DNA of 32,000 nt, taken from NCBI GenBank assembly GCA_045568075.1, contig JBJLBP010000001.1, forward strand, positions 1,500,001 to 1,532,000. Direction: 5' to 3'. Of the stretch, positions 1 through 8,226 are shown piece by piece (the stretch's first letter is position 1; the number at the start of each line of letters is the position of its first letter). Position numbers and translations under genes: made by a program. Source of the stretch: Candidatus Thalassarchaeaceae archaeon (GTDB taxonomy: Archaea > Thermoplasmatota > Poseidoniia > Poseidoniales > Thalassarchaeaceae). Under the pieces are notes generated by a model. The model was not told the DNA's origin. It saw only the letters and a list, made by a program, of their open reading frames with translations, and made no database searches.

Positions 1-1313
1 TGCTGAGGTCTCAATTCGGCATCCGTGACTGTCCTGAATTGCTGCCGAAGGGATGCCTGGCGATGCACATTGGGCTGTGTCATGGTCCGTGCATCGACCC
101 GGAGGGTTATGATGAGCAGATTAGGGCCGCCCGCGGTGTCCTCAATGGCGATGCGGGCGTGCTAATCGAGGCCTTGCAAGTTGAGATGGATGCGGCCTCT
201 GCAGAACTTGATTACGAGACCGCCGCTTACAAGCGTGATTTGATCGCGGTGGTCAATTCGACCGTGTCGCAGCAAGTTATCCACTCACGATTCTATCAGG
301 ACTGTGACGCGGTCGGCTTCGCAGCCGTCGGAGACGTGGCGGTAGTGTTGATTCTCCACACGCAGGAAGGCGTCATCCAAGGACAGGTCAGTTATCCGGT
401 GATTCACCGGGGAGATGTGGTCGCTTCGGTGTCTCTAGTGCTTTCAGAGCATTACTCAAACCGTCGGCCTCCGAAGACTCTGCTCGTGCCTGCGCCACTG
501 ACTGACTCGCTGGGGGATTGGTTGGACGAGCGGCGAGGAACGAAAGTGACTGTTCGCAATCCGCAGCGCGGCGAATTGGCCAAGCTGCGGAGGATGGCTG
601 ATGCGAACGCCGAGATTCAAGCCTCTCGTCAATCGACTCGGCGTTCGGGCAGCCTTGAACAGGCTGCTGCTGACGAAGCCGTGCGAGTGCACGGCTTCGA
701 CTCACTCGATCACATCGTCTGCTTCGATATGGCTCAAATCCAAGGCAAGGAGAGGGTAGGGGCTGCAGTGGTTTTCCGCAATGGACGACCGAGTAAGAAG
801 GAGTACCGAACCTATCGAGTGAAAACCGACGTTCAGGATGATTTGGCGATGATGCAAGAAGTCGTTGAACGATGGTTGAAGCGTCAACAAGAATGGCCTG
901 ACCTATTACTACTCGATGGCGGTGAGACACACCTCAAGCACGTGATGGATATGCTCGCAGTGCACGGTTTATCGGATAGATTTCCGGTCGCTGCACTAGC
1001 CAAGAAGGAGGAAACTCTGTGGCGACCGCAGGTCGATTCAGTAGTACTAGACCGGCGATCGAGAGTACTTGTCCACGCACGTGATGAGGCTCATAGATTC
1101 GTCAATACCTACCACCGGAAGCGTCGCTCAAAGGGCGGTTTGAAGAGTCCGTTAGAAGAGGTGGATGGATTGGGTGCGAAGAAGATTCAGGGGTTGTTGC
1201 GCCACTTTGGAGGAATGAAGGGAGTCGAGCATGCGACCGAGGCTGAATTGTCAGCTGCTACAGGAATTGGGCGTGCTCTAGCCCGACGTATACATTCTCA
1301 CCTGCACGGCTGA
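1..1313 (+). CDS. uvrC: Excinuclease ABC subunit C (UvrC), 5'-truncated by window edge
   Basis: The reading frame is open to the window edge (in phase with nt 3). It has the UvrC endonuclease-domain core FDMAQIQGKERVGAAVVFRNGRPSKKEYRTYRVK and the C-terminal double helix-hairpin-helix (GLGAKKIQGLLRHFGG...GIGRALARRIHSHL). The GIY-YIG N-terminus must lie upstream of the window. Confidence 0.9.
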   Translation, partial: LRSQFGIRDCPELLPKGCLAMHIGLCHGPCIDPEGYDEQIRAARGVLNGDAGVLIEALQVEMDAASAELDYETAAYKRDLIAVVNSTVSQQVIHSRFYQDCDAVGFAAVGDVAVVLILHTQEGVIQGQVSYPVIHRGDVVASVSLVLSEHYSNRRPPKTLLVPAPLTDSLGDWLDERRGTKVTVRNPQRGELAKLRRMADANAEIQASRQSTRRSGSLEQAAADEAVRVHGFDSLDHIVCFDMAQIQGKERVGAAVVFRNGRPSKKEYRTYRVKTDVQDDLAMMQEVVERWLKRQQEWPDLLLLDGGETHLKHVMDMLAVHGLSDRFPVAALAKKEETLWRPQVDSVVLDRRSRVLVHARDEAHRFVNTYHRKRRSKGGLKSPLEEVDGLGAKKIQGLLRHFGGMKGVEHATEAELSAATGIGRALARRIHSHLHG

Positions 1314-1323
1314 CTTAGCAATG

Positions 1324-1701
1324 TCAGACTAGGTCGCTTTGGTCGGACCACCAGCCCTCTTCCTTACCATCCTCAGGCTGGGGCGGCTGCTCGATGACAA
1401 TTTTCTCCTCTAATTCGCCCATCTGCGCGGCGAATTCCATCTCGAGCATCTGCTCTTCTACGACGTCCTGAGCATCCTTCTGCGCGCTCTTGCGTTCGTC
1501 GCGGCGACGCTTCCATCTACTAACTGCAAGTCCCAAGAAAACTACGATGGTGAAAATGTACGGAGCCACCTCGCCGAGAATCAAAACGTAACTCACCTCG
1601 GCGCTCCATTGAATCGTATCGTGTTCACGATAGCATTGATTCCAAGAATCGGCTGTGGGACAGACCGGAGTTCGATAGACTATGACTTGGAAGTCCTCCA
1701 T
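1324..1701 (-). CDS. Small single-pass membrane protein with acidic tail, or the detached C-terminal anchor of the upstream 900-aa surface protein
   Basis: ATG at 1701 with GGGGAG about 10 nt upstream. It encodes a Cys-containing stalk, a TM helix (VAPYIFTIVVFLGLAVS), the stop-transfer sequence RWKRRRDERK and an acidic tail ending EEGWWSDQSDLV. It overlaps the 3' end of ORF 1625..4339 by 77 nt in the +1 frame. Confidence 0.4.
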   Translation of the reverse strand: MEDFQVIVYRTPVCPTADSWNQCYREHDTIQWSAEVSYVLILGEVAPYIFTIVVFLGLAVSRWKRRRDERKSAQKDAQDVVEEQMLEMEFAAQMGELEEKIVIEQPPQPEDGKEEGWWSDQSDLV

Positions 1702-4294
1702 GTTCCTGAATCTCCCCCAGACCCTTCTCGCTCTCGAAGGAGGTCAATCGCACGGTATCAGGCATGGTAATCTGCAAGCGTGCGGAACTGCGAATCGTCC
1801 CCCACAACGTATTCTCCATGATTGGGGGGATAATCGAATGGAAGACCGCCCCTTCTATGCCGACACCGAAGTCTGAGAAGATGAAACCGAGGTCGCTCAG
1901 CGCTGCCACAAATGGGTTCGCTTCGATGGCCGCGGGAGCCACGCTGACCCTGACCTCATTTCCTACCAGTGCGATGGTCAGCGAGGCAGAGTCTATACTG
2001 ACACCGACCTTGACTGGCTCGGTGTCGCTCGGTTCCATATCCAGAGGCATGTCCATTGGCTCGATGTCAATTACGAATGGAACGCTGATGATCTCAAGGT
2101 CAGAGCCGTAGGTACGTTCGCCAATGATGATGTCTTGAGCACCAATGTTCTCAATCTCCGCGAAACTTGCCTCGACCTCATCGACGAGCGCTACGGCCAG
2201 ATTAAGCAGGCCATCGTTTGAGATCTCTAAATCGTAATCCCCGCTGCTAAACGGAATAGTCGCTGTCTGTTCAGAGCCAGCGAGTAAACCTCCTGGTCGA
2301 CGATCCCCGACTGCTACCATCCGACGGATTAGGTCGGCGGGAATCGGTGAGACCTCCATATTATCCTCCTCTAATTTGAGGCCGAGTCGATACACTTCGA
2401 GGATTACCTCGGCTGAGAATTCAAACTCTACTGCCGCTCGAGTCTCGCGGAAAGTCAACTTCTCAATATGAACAGCCACATCAAGAGATACACAGGTCTT
2501 CTGATTTGACCCACAAATCAAATCCTCACTCGAATCGGTACATTCGCTCGGATCACCAGGACCACCTCGCCCACTCTCCAGACAGATAGCGTGTTGCCAG
2601 TCGAATGGGCGCGCCCCTTCAATCCCTACTGACTCCGAAGAACCCCCCTCGTGCGGGGCGCTGAAAACAAGTGTATCAGGGTCGCCGTGTGTCGAATCCA
2701 GCCATTCCGGCAAGTGCACGGTCATGGTGATATCAGCACTTGGGAAATCTGCCGGCAGGAGATCTTGCAAATAACTCACATCGACCTCCAATTCCATTTC
2801 CAGCACGCTCATCATCGCGGCTAAGTCCTCATCGTTGAGAATTGAGAGATCAATCGTTGCGATATCTCCCTCAGCCTGCTGAATCAAACGACTAACAATG
2901 TTTGAAACCTGCATCTCTGAAGGCATTGAAGTCGTCTGTAAAACAATAGGATATTCACTCGTCATCCCAGAACCCCCTCCTGCATCCAAACAATATCGGT
3001 AAGCGAGTTTCTCACGGCAAGTCTCCGATGGGCGATGCTGGAACATCAGGCCACCATCATCATCAGCGGGAGCAAACGAAGGAGGTTGAAACATCAGATC
3101 TACACCCAAAGCCTGGGCAAAAGTGTCTGAGAGAGAGTCGATGGGGAGTGTCCTGAGAAGGGCACCTACATCGGTATTCAACTCAGAATCGAACATACGA
3201 ATCCCGTCTGCGGTTACAACGCCCAAATCAATCGTCGAAGTCTCGAGATCAAGTCCCCATTCGGCGATGGTCTCAGCATCCAGATAATGGATATCGATGT
3301 CAAGGTCGATGCGGCTATTCATTCGATCACGCGCATCGACTACCAGATCTAAACTCAATTCAGGAGCTGGGTATGTAGGTGGTCCGCGACCGTCATCGAG
3401 AGTGGTAACCAAGTCTAGAGAAGCCGGTAGTGAAAGGGGCGAACCTGCGAGGTTGTCAACGGCAATTCGTGAGCCCCAAGAATTCAATCCAACACGAAAT
3501 CTCTCTCCTGGCTGAGTGACTTCGGAAACGCTGGCATAATCTGGAGGAATCATCGTGTATTCGAGGTATTGCCCGGCTGTTGCGATTATAGTGAAATTAG
3601 ATTGAACCTCTCCTCCCATAACCATCAGACCTTCCATCATTCGGTCCACATCACCAGTTTGTGGATCCATCCCAAGGTTGGCAGGATTGATGGTCAGACT
3701 CAATGACGAGCGCATGCAAATCGGAGGGAAAAATGGGTCATTTGAACGACTACTTTCCTCGTCGATTGAATCAATCCCTGGGTCGTAAGTACATTGTGCG
3801 CGCTCGCGTCCGAAAAAGGAAATTTCAGTGGTCGGTTGTACAGGCCCGATGATCGCGTCAGGGAAGTTTTCCTCGACGATTTGTTGAACTATCTCCTCGA
3901 CTTTCTCCACCATTCTATCCTCAACGGACGAACCATCGCGAATCAGGTCGCGATAATTGCGGATGAAATCAGCAGGGATGCCATCTGACGGATTGCTGTC
4001 ACCTTCGAGATTGAGGTCGAGTAAATCGAGGTCTTCTCTTGGAAGCTCATGGATAGCTAATTCTACAGTCATCTCGATGGTCGTAGCGCCTTCCATTTCC
4101 ATCTCGACGCTGCCCTCTACCCAAGTGTCCGAAGTCGTCGTATCGAGGGCCGAATCATAATCATCACAGATGCCATCGGTAGTCTGCCATGTGGAGCAGA
4201 TATCGTTGACGACTTCCGGGTCGCCAGGAGGCGGCGCGGCGGCTACGCTCTGACACAGAAGGAGCAGAACGAGGGCGACTGCCGCGCGGCGCAT
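1625..4294 (-). CDS. Large, highly acidic secreted/surface protein of unknown function
   Basis: Long ORF. The ATG at 4294 gives a clean signal peptide (MRRAAVALVLLLLCQSVAAAPPPG); the GTG at 4339 is the longest alternative. D/E-rich with paired cysteines and an internally repeated module (…IPADFIRNYRDLI… near the N-terminus, …IPADLIRRMVAVG… near residue 690). I recognised no family signature. Confidence 0.7.
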   Translation of the reverse strand: MRRAAVALVLLLLCQSVAAAPPPGDPEVVNDICSTWQTTDGICDDYDSALDTTTSDTWVEGSVEMEMEGATTIEMTVELAIHELPREDLDLLDLNLEGDSNPSDGIPADFIRNYRDLIRDGSSVEDRMVEKVEEIVQQIVEENFPDAIIGPVQPTTEISFFGRERAQCTYDPGIDSIDEESSRSNDPFFPPICMRSSLSLTINPANLGMDPQTGDVDRMMEGLMVMGGEVQSNFTIIATAGQYLEYTMIPPDYASVSEVTQPGERFRVGLNSWGSRIAVDNLAGSPLSLPASLDLVTTLDDGRGPPTYPAPELSLDLVVDARDRMNSRIDLDIDIHYLDAETIAEWGLDLETSTIDLGVVTADGIRMFDSELNTDVGALLRTLPIDSLSDTFAQALGVDLMFQPPSFAPADDDGGLMFQHRPSETCREKLAYRYCLDAGGGSGMTSEYPIVLQTTSMPSEMQVSNIVSRLIQQAEGDIATIDLSILNDEDLAAMMSVLEMELEVDVSYLQDLLPADFPSADITMTVHLPEWLDSTHGDPDTLVFSAPHEGGSSESVGIEGARPFDWQHAICLESGRGGPGDPSECTDSSEDLICGSNQKTCVSLDVAVHIEKLTFRETRAAVEFEFSAEVILEVYRLGLKLEEDNMEVSPIPADLIRRMVAVGDRRPGGLLAGSEQTATIPFSSGDYDLEISNDGLLNLAVALVDEVEASFAEIENIGAQDIIIGERTYGSDLEIISVPFVIDIEPMDMPLDMEPSDTEPVKVGVSIDSASLTIALVGNEVRVSVAPAAIEANPFVAALSDLGFIFSDFGVGIEGAVFHSIIPPIMENTLWGTIRSSARLQITMPDTVRLTSFESEKGLGEIQEHGGLPSHSLSNSGLSHSRFLESMLS

Positions 4295-4356
4295 GCCGCG
4301 CGGATGGGAAGCCACCAGCAATAAGTCTGAATCCGGCACGCATCGTCACGAGGCCG

Positions 4357-5250
4357 ATGCACGGGCAGGGTCCTCATCGCCGACTGCAAGATGCGGTCTC
4401 CATTCTACTTGAGCAGCACCGGGCTCCCGTTCATCTCCTCGACAAGTTACCGAAGCGCTGGGAGAGGTTCGCAGACGTCGCCCTTCTTCCTCAATCTGCC
4501 TTCACACAAGATGAATGGAGTGTTGTGTCCGGAGAGGCGCTTTGGAGAGCTGTGGCTGAGGCTTTGGAAGTCGAGCGAGTCGGGCGTATAGGCGAGATCG
4601 TCGGTGAGCAGCGTGAATCGTCAGTTGAACTGCTTCTTGGTGAGGAAGATTGGGTTGTGCGCCGTGAAAGCGGTGTGAATTACGGCTACCACTTCACCGA
4701 GTGCATGTTCTCGGCTGGAAATGTGAATGAGCGCCGGCGGATGGGGGAAGTCGGACTCGCCGGCGAGACTGTGATCGATCTCTTCTGTGGTATCGGCTAC
4801 TACACCCTACCAATGCTAGTTCATTCCGAGGTTGCACAGATCCATTGCTGTGAATGGAATCCGAGAGCTGTTGAGGCCCTCAAATGGAGTCTCCAGAATA
4901 ATGGAGTGAGCGATCGATGTACCGTTCATGAAGGTGATAATCGTGTCACTGCGATCGCATTGAAGGGTATTGCAGACCGAGTTATTCTCGGTCTGCTACC
5001 GACGGCCGAAAACGGCTATGAATTGGCAGTCAACTGCCTAAAAGAAGCAGGAGGGGAACTACATATTCACGGTGTTGCACCTGCCAAAAATCACCAATCT
5101 TGGGTTGATGAAACCATTCGTCAAATCGAAGAATTAGCGCAAGGGCAGATGGTTGGAGAAGTTCAACGGACACGCGTCAAATCCTATGCCCCACACTGGG
5201 ACCATCTGGTTCTTGACCTCGAACTCCGACCAGAGAAGACGGAGGGCTAA
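4357..5250 (+). CDS. taw2: tRNA wybutosine/wyosine pathway aminocarboxypropyltransferase, TYW2/Taw2-like (Trm5 superfamily class I methyltransferase fold)
   Basis: Has FSAGNVNERRRM, the SAM-binding VIDLFCGIGYYTLPMLV, then CEWNPRAVEALKWSLQNNGVSDRCTVHEGDNR and IADRVILGLLP...GGELHIH. This matches the TYW2/TRMT12 core as I remember it. Trm5b is the alternative within the same superfamily. Confidence 0.75.
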   Translation: MHGQGPHRRLQDAVSILLEQHRAPVHLLDKLPKRWERFADVALLPQSAFTQDEWSVVSGEALWRAVAEALEVERVGRIGEIVGEQRESSVELLLGEEDWVVRRESGVNYGYHFTECMFSAGNVNERRRMGEVGLAGETVIDLFCGIGYYTLPMLVHSEVAQIHCCEWNPRAVEALKWSLQNNGVSDRCTVHEGDNRVTAIALKGIADRVILGLLPTAENGYELAVNCLKEAGGELHIHGVAPAKNHQSWVDETIRQIEELAQGQMVGEVQRTRVKSYAPHWDHLVLDLELRPEKTEG

Positions 5251-5252
5251 GG

Positions 5253-5603
5253 ATGCGAGTGCTGGCGTTCGAGGATTCCTACGATATTACAGCCATTTTG
5301 ACCGAGGGTGGTGTCGATCTCTCTAGTGTTGAGCTGCGACAGCACTGGAACACAATGGAGTGCTTCGAGCGAATCCGCGAATTCGCACCGGATGTTCTCC
5401 TGCTCGACCACTACATCCCCCCCACCAAGGGGTTAGATGTGCTTCGCGGATTGCTTGAATTGGTTGCGGCCGGTCAGATTGACCGGCCGAGATTGATATT
5501 GGGGATCAGTAGCTCCGACGAAGCAAATGATGCAATGGAGTATGCCGGAGCCGATGCATCGATTGTGAAATTCAAATTAGGCGAACACAAGGTGTGGCAG
5601 TGA
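5253..5603 (+). CDS. Stand-alone response-regulator receiver (CheY-like REC) domain protein
   Basis: 116 aa. Acidic pair E7-D8, phospho-acceptor context DVLLLDHYIPPTKGLDVL (D52), S in LILGISSS, and K in SIVKF. This is the full REC residue set with no output domain. It starts 2 nt after the taw2 stop, with GGAGGG upstream. Confidence 0.8.
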   Translation: MRVLAFEDSYDITAILTEGGVDLSSVELRQHWNTMECFERIREFAPDVLLLDHYIPPTKGLDVLRGLLELVAAGQIDRPRLILGISSSDEANDAMEYAGADASIVKFKLGEHKVWQ

Positions 5604-6286
5604 TGAGAGTGATTCCCCAGTGGTTACACGATGCCGCGAGTGAATACAATGCACATTCGCGTGAGAATCGCGACGCTTACGCCGCGGTTCTGCTAATGCC
5701 TATCCAAAATCTTGTAACAATTCTCGACTGGACTTTCCAATCTCTACCTGACGAAATACTCGTTGGGATGGACGTCGACCATGAGCTAGCCAACCCCCGA
5801 GAGGTGGAGGAGGCTTTCGCGGGGGCTGACCAAAATTCCGGTCTTTTTGCTGGCCAAGGATATCTCCTCGGCGAGCCTCACCTCGTGAATCGTGGAAATT
5901 CTTTCGAGGTTCATCATGTGCCTGAGGAATGGATGGACGGACTATTCTCGGTCGACCGCGGCTCTCGCGGCGGCCGCTTCACACATTGGCTCCACACCCA
6001 CCCCAACGCTCCGGCAATTCCCAGTGGAGCCGACGCCGATGCCGCTCAGTGGACCGAAGGCACCGACATGATTCTCGGTGTCCGCTTTACCCCCGAGGGA
6101 TACTTGCCCTGGTTCGACGATGTCGATGGAGTACGCCGACCGCTGACCGATCTTGACGATTCAACAGCGCTCGGCCGAGCCCGAACAGGTCACCTCATCC
6201 ATGGTCTCGACCTGATCTGCTTTCATCGAACGGGCCTCGGAGTGAATCTCGTCATCACCGATGCCCGCGGCAATGCAATCGACTGA
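5603..6286 (+). CDS. JAMM/MPN+ (JAB) family metalloprotease, divergent, with a long insertion
   Basis: Exact JAMM zinc motif H-x-H-x7-S-x2-D in WLHTHPNAPAIPSGADADA (nt 5993-6034). The ATG at 5603 overlaps the REC stop as TGATG; the GTG at 5594 is the longest-ORF alternative. The upstream catalytic Glu cannot be placed with confidence. There are about 100 residues between the putative N-terminal helix (DAYAAVLLM) and HTH. Confidence 0.7.
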   Translation: MRVIPQWLHDAASEYNAHSRENRDAYAAVLLMPIQNLVTILDWTFQSLPDEILVGMDVDHELANPREVEEAFAGADQNSGLFAGQGYLLGEPHLVNRGNSFEVHHVPEEWMDGLFSVDRGSRGGRFTHWLHTHPNAPAIPSGADADAAQWTEGTDMILGVRFTPEGYLPWFDDVDGVRRPLTDLDDSTALGRARTGHLIHGLDLICFHRTGLGVNLVITDARGNAID

Positions 6287-6314
6287 AAAATTCAGTATTG
6301 ATTACTCTGCGAAT

Positions 6315-6854
6315 TCACTCGTCACGAAACAGATGCTCGCGATAATATACGAGTTCCTCGATACTTCCACGGATATCATCGAGGGCTCGGTGTCCAGAGT
6401 TTTTACGCCACTTTGGAACATTTGGATACCATGCGCGCGCAAGGATCTTGACACTCGTCACATCAACAGAGCGGTAGTGGAAGAAGTCGTGTAATTCAGG
6501 CATGTAACGGCGTAGGAAGCGCCTGTCTTGACCAATCGTGTTCCCGCACAGTGGCGAAGCTCCGGCAATACAATGCTCCTCTAGAAATGTCAAGGTAGCC
6601 CGCTCTGCCTCGCTCATCGAAACCCCATCTGATTCGATGCGCGCGATCAAGCCATTTTCGGTGTGATGCTCGACATTCCAATCATCCATTTTTGCCAATT
6701 CCGCCTCACCAACATCAATCGCAAAGCTCGGACCTTCGGCGACTATTGAGAGGTCTGATTCGGTGACGATTGTCGCAATCTCAATGATCGTATTCTCCTC
6801 TGGATAGAGGCCAGTCATTTCCAAATCAATCCAGACTAGTCTATCCTTGACCAT
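6315..6854 (-). CDS. orn: Oligoribonuclease (DEDDh 3'-5' exonuclease)
   Basis: Near-colinear with E. coli Orn as I remember it: LVWIDLEMTGL, IIEIATIVT, MDDWN..HT.SGL, CGN(T/S)IGQDRRFL..YMPEL...FHYR..DVS and H.A.DDIR.SI.EL.YYREH. Confidence 0.9.
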   Translation of the reverse strand: MVKDRLVWIDLEMTGLYPEENTIIEIATIVTESDLSIVAEGPSFAIDVGEAELAKMDDWNVEHHTENGLIARIESDGVSMSEAERATLTFLEEHCIAGASPLCGNTIGQDRRFLRRYMPELHDFFHYRSVDVTSVKILARAWYPNVPKWRKNSGHRALDDIRGSIEELVYYREHLFRDE

Positions 6855-6969
6855 ACTCTCTCACCCCCCCGCTCCTGCCACTCGGCCATAGCGATTACCC
6901 GAGCCACCCCCTGAGCAGAGCCCTGATTGAAGGTGAGAATCAAGTGCGGAGTCCGACCCGCTGCGAGGG

Positions 6970-8226
6970 ATGGGGAAGCAGATTGGCTACACGCAACTGC
7001 TTCGGCAGAACAAAGAGTTCCGTCGCCTTTTCATCGCCAACGAGATTTCTTTCATTGGAGATTGGTTCACCGTTATCGCCCTCTTCATACTGGCTGGTGA
7101 CGCGAGCGATGATTCGCCTTTGGCGATCGCTGGCGTGCTCGCATCGCGCAGCTTCTCATTGGCGCTTTTCACCCCTTTTACTGGAATGCTCGCAGACAGA
7201 TTCTCTCGCCGCGGATTGATGGTGCTCGCCAACGTCCTCTCATTTGGAATCCTCATTGTCGTTCTGCTGACTGGTGTTCACAAAACAGGATTGGTATCGG
7301 TCTATGCGCTCGCAGTTGTCATCGTTGCAGCGCGAGCCGTTCACGACCCGGCTGAGTATGCCTATCTACCGAATATTTGCGATGAGAATGAGTTGTTGAC
7401 TGCGAATGCACTCGCTTCTGGAGGTTGGTCGGTAGCGCTCGGGGTTGGCGCTGCAATAGGCGGTCTGACGATAGCGGCTTACGGAATCACGACGGCTCTA
7501 TGGATTGACACGACGACCTTTCTCGTTGCGGCGCTGATACTCTCAATGCTGCCGCACGGTGGGCCCGATGCGTCCGAGCGAGGGGCTACCACGCCTCGAG
7601 TGGTATTCCATGAAATGGTTGGGGGATGGAAGTACATCCTAAGATCGCCACCATTACGTCGCGTGGTCTTCGCAAAGGGGCTTTGGGCATCGGGTGGAGG
7701 AGCACAGATTCTGATACTGATACTCATTAGCGCAGAAGCAGGATTCGGAGAAATTGCTGCTGGCGCAATTGGTGTTCTTTTCATGGTCCGAGGATTTGGT
7801 TCAGGTTTCGGACCAATTGCAGGTCGTCCTCTGATGGCAAACATGAGACTGCGACCCTATCTCCTCGGCTTGGCTGTTGGAACTTGCGGCGCCTTCTACG
7901 TTGGAGTATCACTGGCCGAATATGGCGGATTCATGCTCGTTCTAATCTTCCTAGCTCACGCTGCTAGCGGCCTCAACTGGGTCCTCTCGACGACCCTTCT
8001 CCAAGAACGCTCAGCGGATGAGTGGCGAGGTCGCGTCGCCGGTACCGACCACTTTGTAATCACCCTGATGATGGGAATATCAGCGGTCGCTGGCGGTTAT
8101 ATTCTAACAGAGAATATCCTCGATCTGCAAGAGTTAATCGCAGTGACTGGTCTTGTTCAAATCACTCTCTGTATACTCTGGATTGCTCTCGTCTCAGGGC
8201 CTGAAAAGCGAATGCTGCAGGCTTAA
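6970..8226 (+). CDS. MFS transporter (12-TM, EntS/MFS_3-like)
   Basis: 418 aa, polytopic. MFS motif A in GMLADRFSRRGLM, and the N-terminal FRRLFIANEISFIGDWF typical of this MFS subgroup. Confidence 0.85.
   Translation: MGKQIGYTQLLRQNKEFRRLFIANEISFIGDWFTVIALFILAGDASDDSPLAIAGVLASRSFSLALFTPFTGMLADRFSRRGLMVLANVLSFGILIVVLLTGVHKTGLVSVYALAVVIVAARAVHDPAEYAYLPNICDENELLTANALASGGWSVALGVGAAIGGLTIAAYGITTALWIDTTTFLVAALILSMLPHGGPDASERGATTPRVVFHEMVGGWKYILRSPPLRRVVFAKGLWASGGGAQILILILISAEAGFGEIAAGAIGVLFMVRGFGSGFGPIAGRPLMANMRLRPYLLGLAVGTCGAFYVGVSLAEYGGFMLVLIFLAHAASGLNWVLSTTLLQERSADEWRGRVAGTDHFVITLMMGISAVAGGYILTENILDLQELIAVTGLVQITLCILWIALVSGPEKRMLQA

Noticed and set aside
388-930. 180-aa and smaller minus-strand ORFs inside uvrC
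   Set aside because: They are antisense to a confidently identified UvrC frame, and their translations are R/S/P-rich and non-protein-like.
6283-6295. CTGAA-aaa-TTCAG mini-hairpin at the JAMM stop codon
   Set aside because: It is only 5 bp, AT-rich and overlaps the stop codon, so it is too weak to call a terminator.
7718-7738. Short tandem ctgata-ctgata inside the MFS gene
   Set aside because: These are two copies of a hexamer encoding LILILI in a TM helix, a coding by-product.
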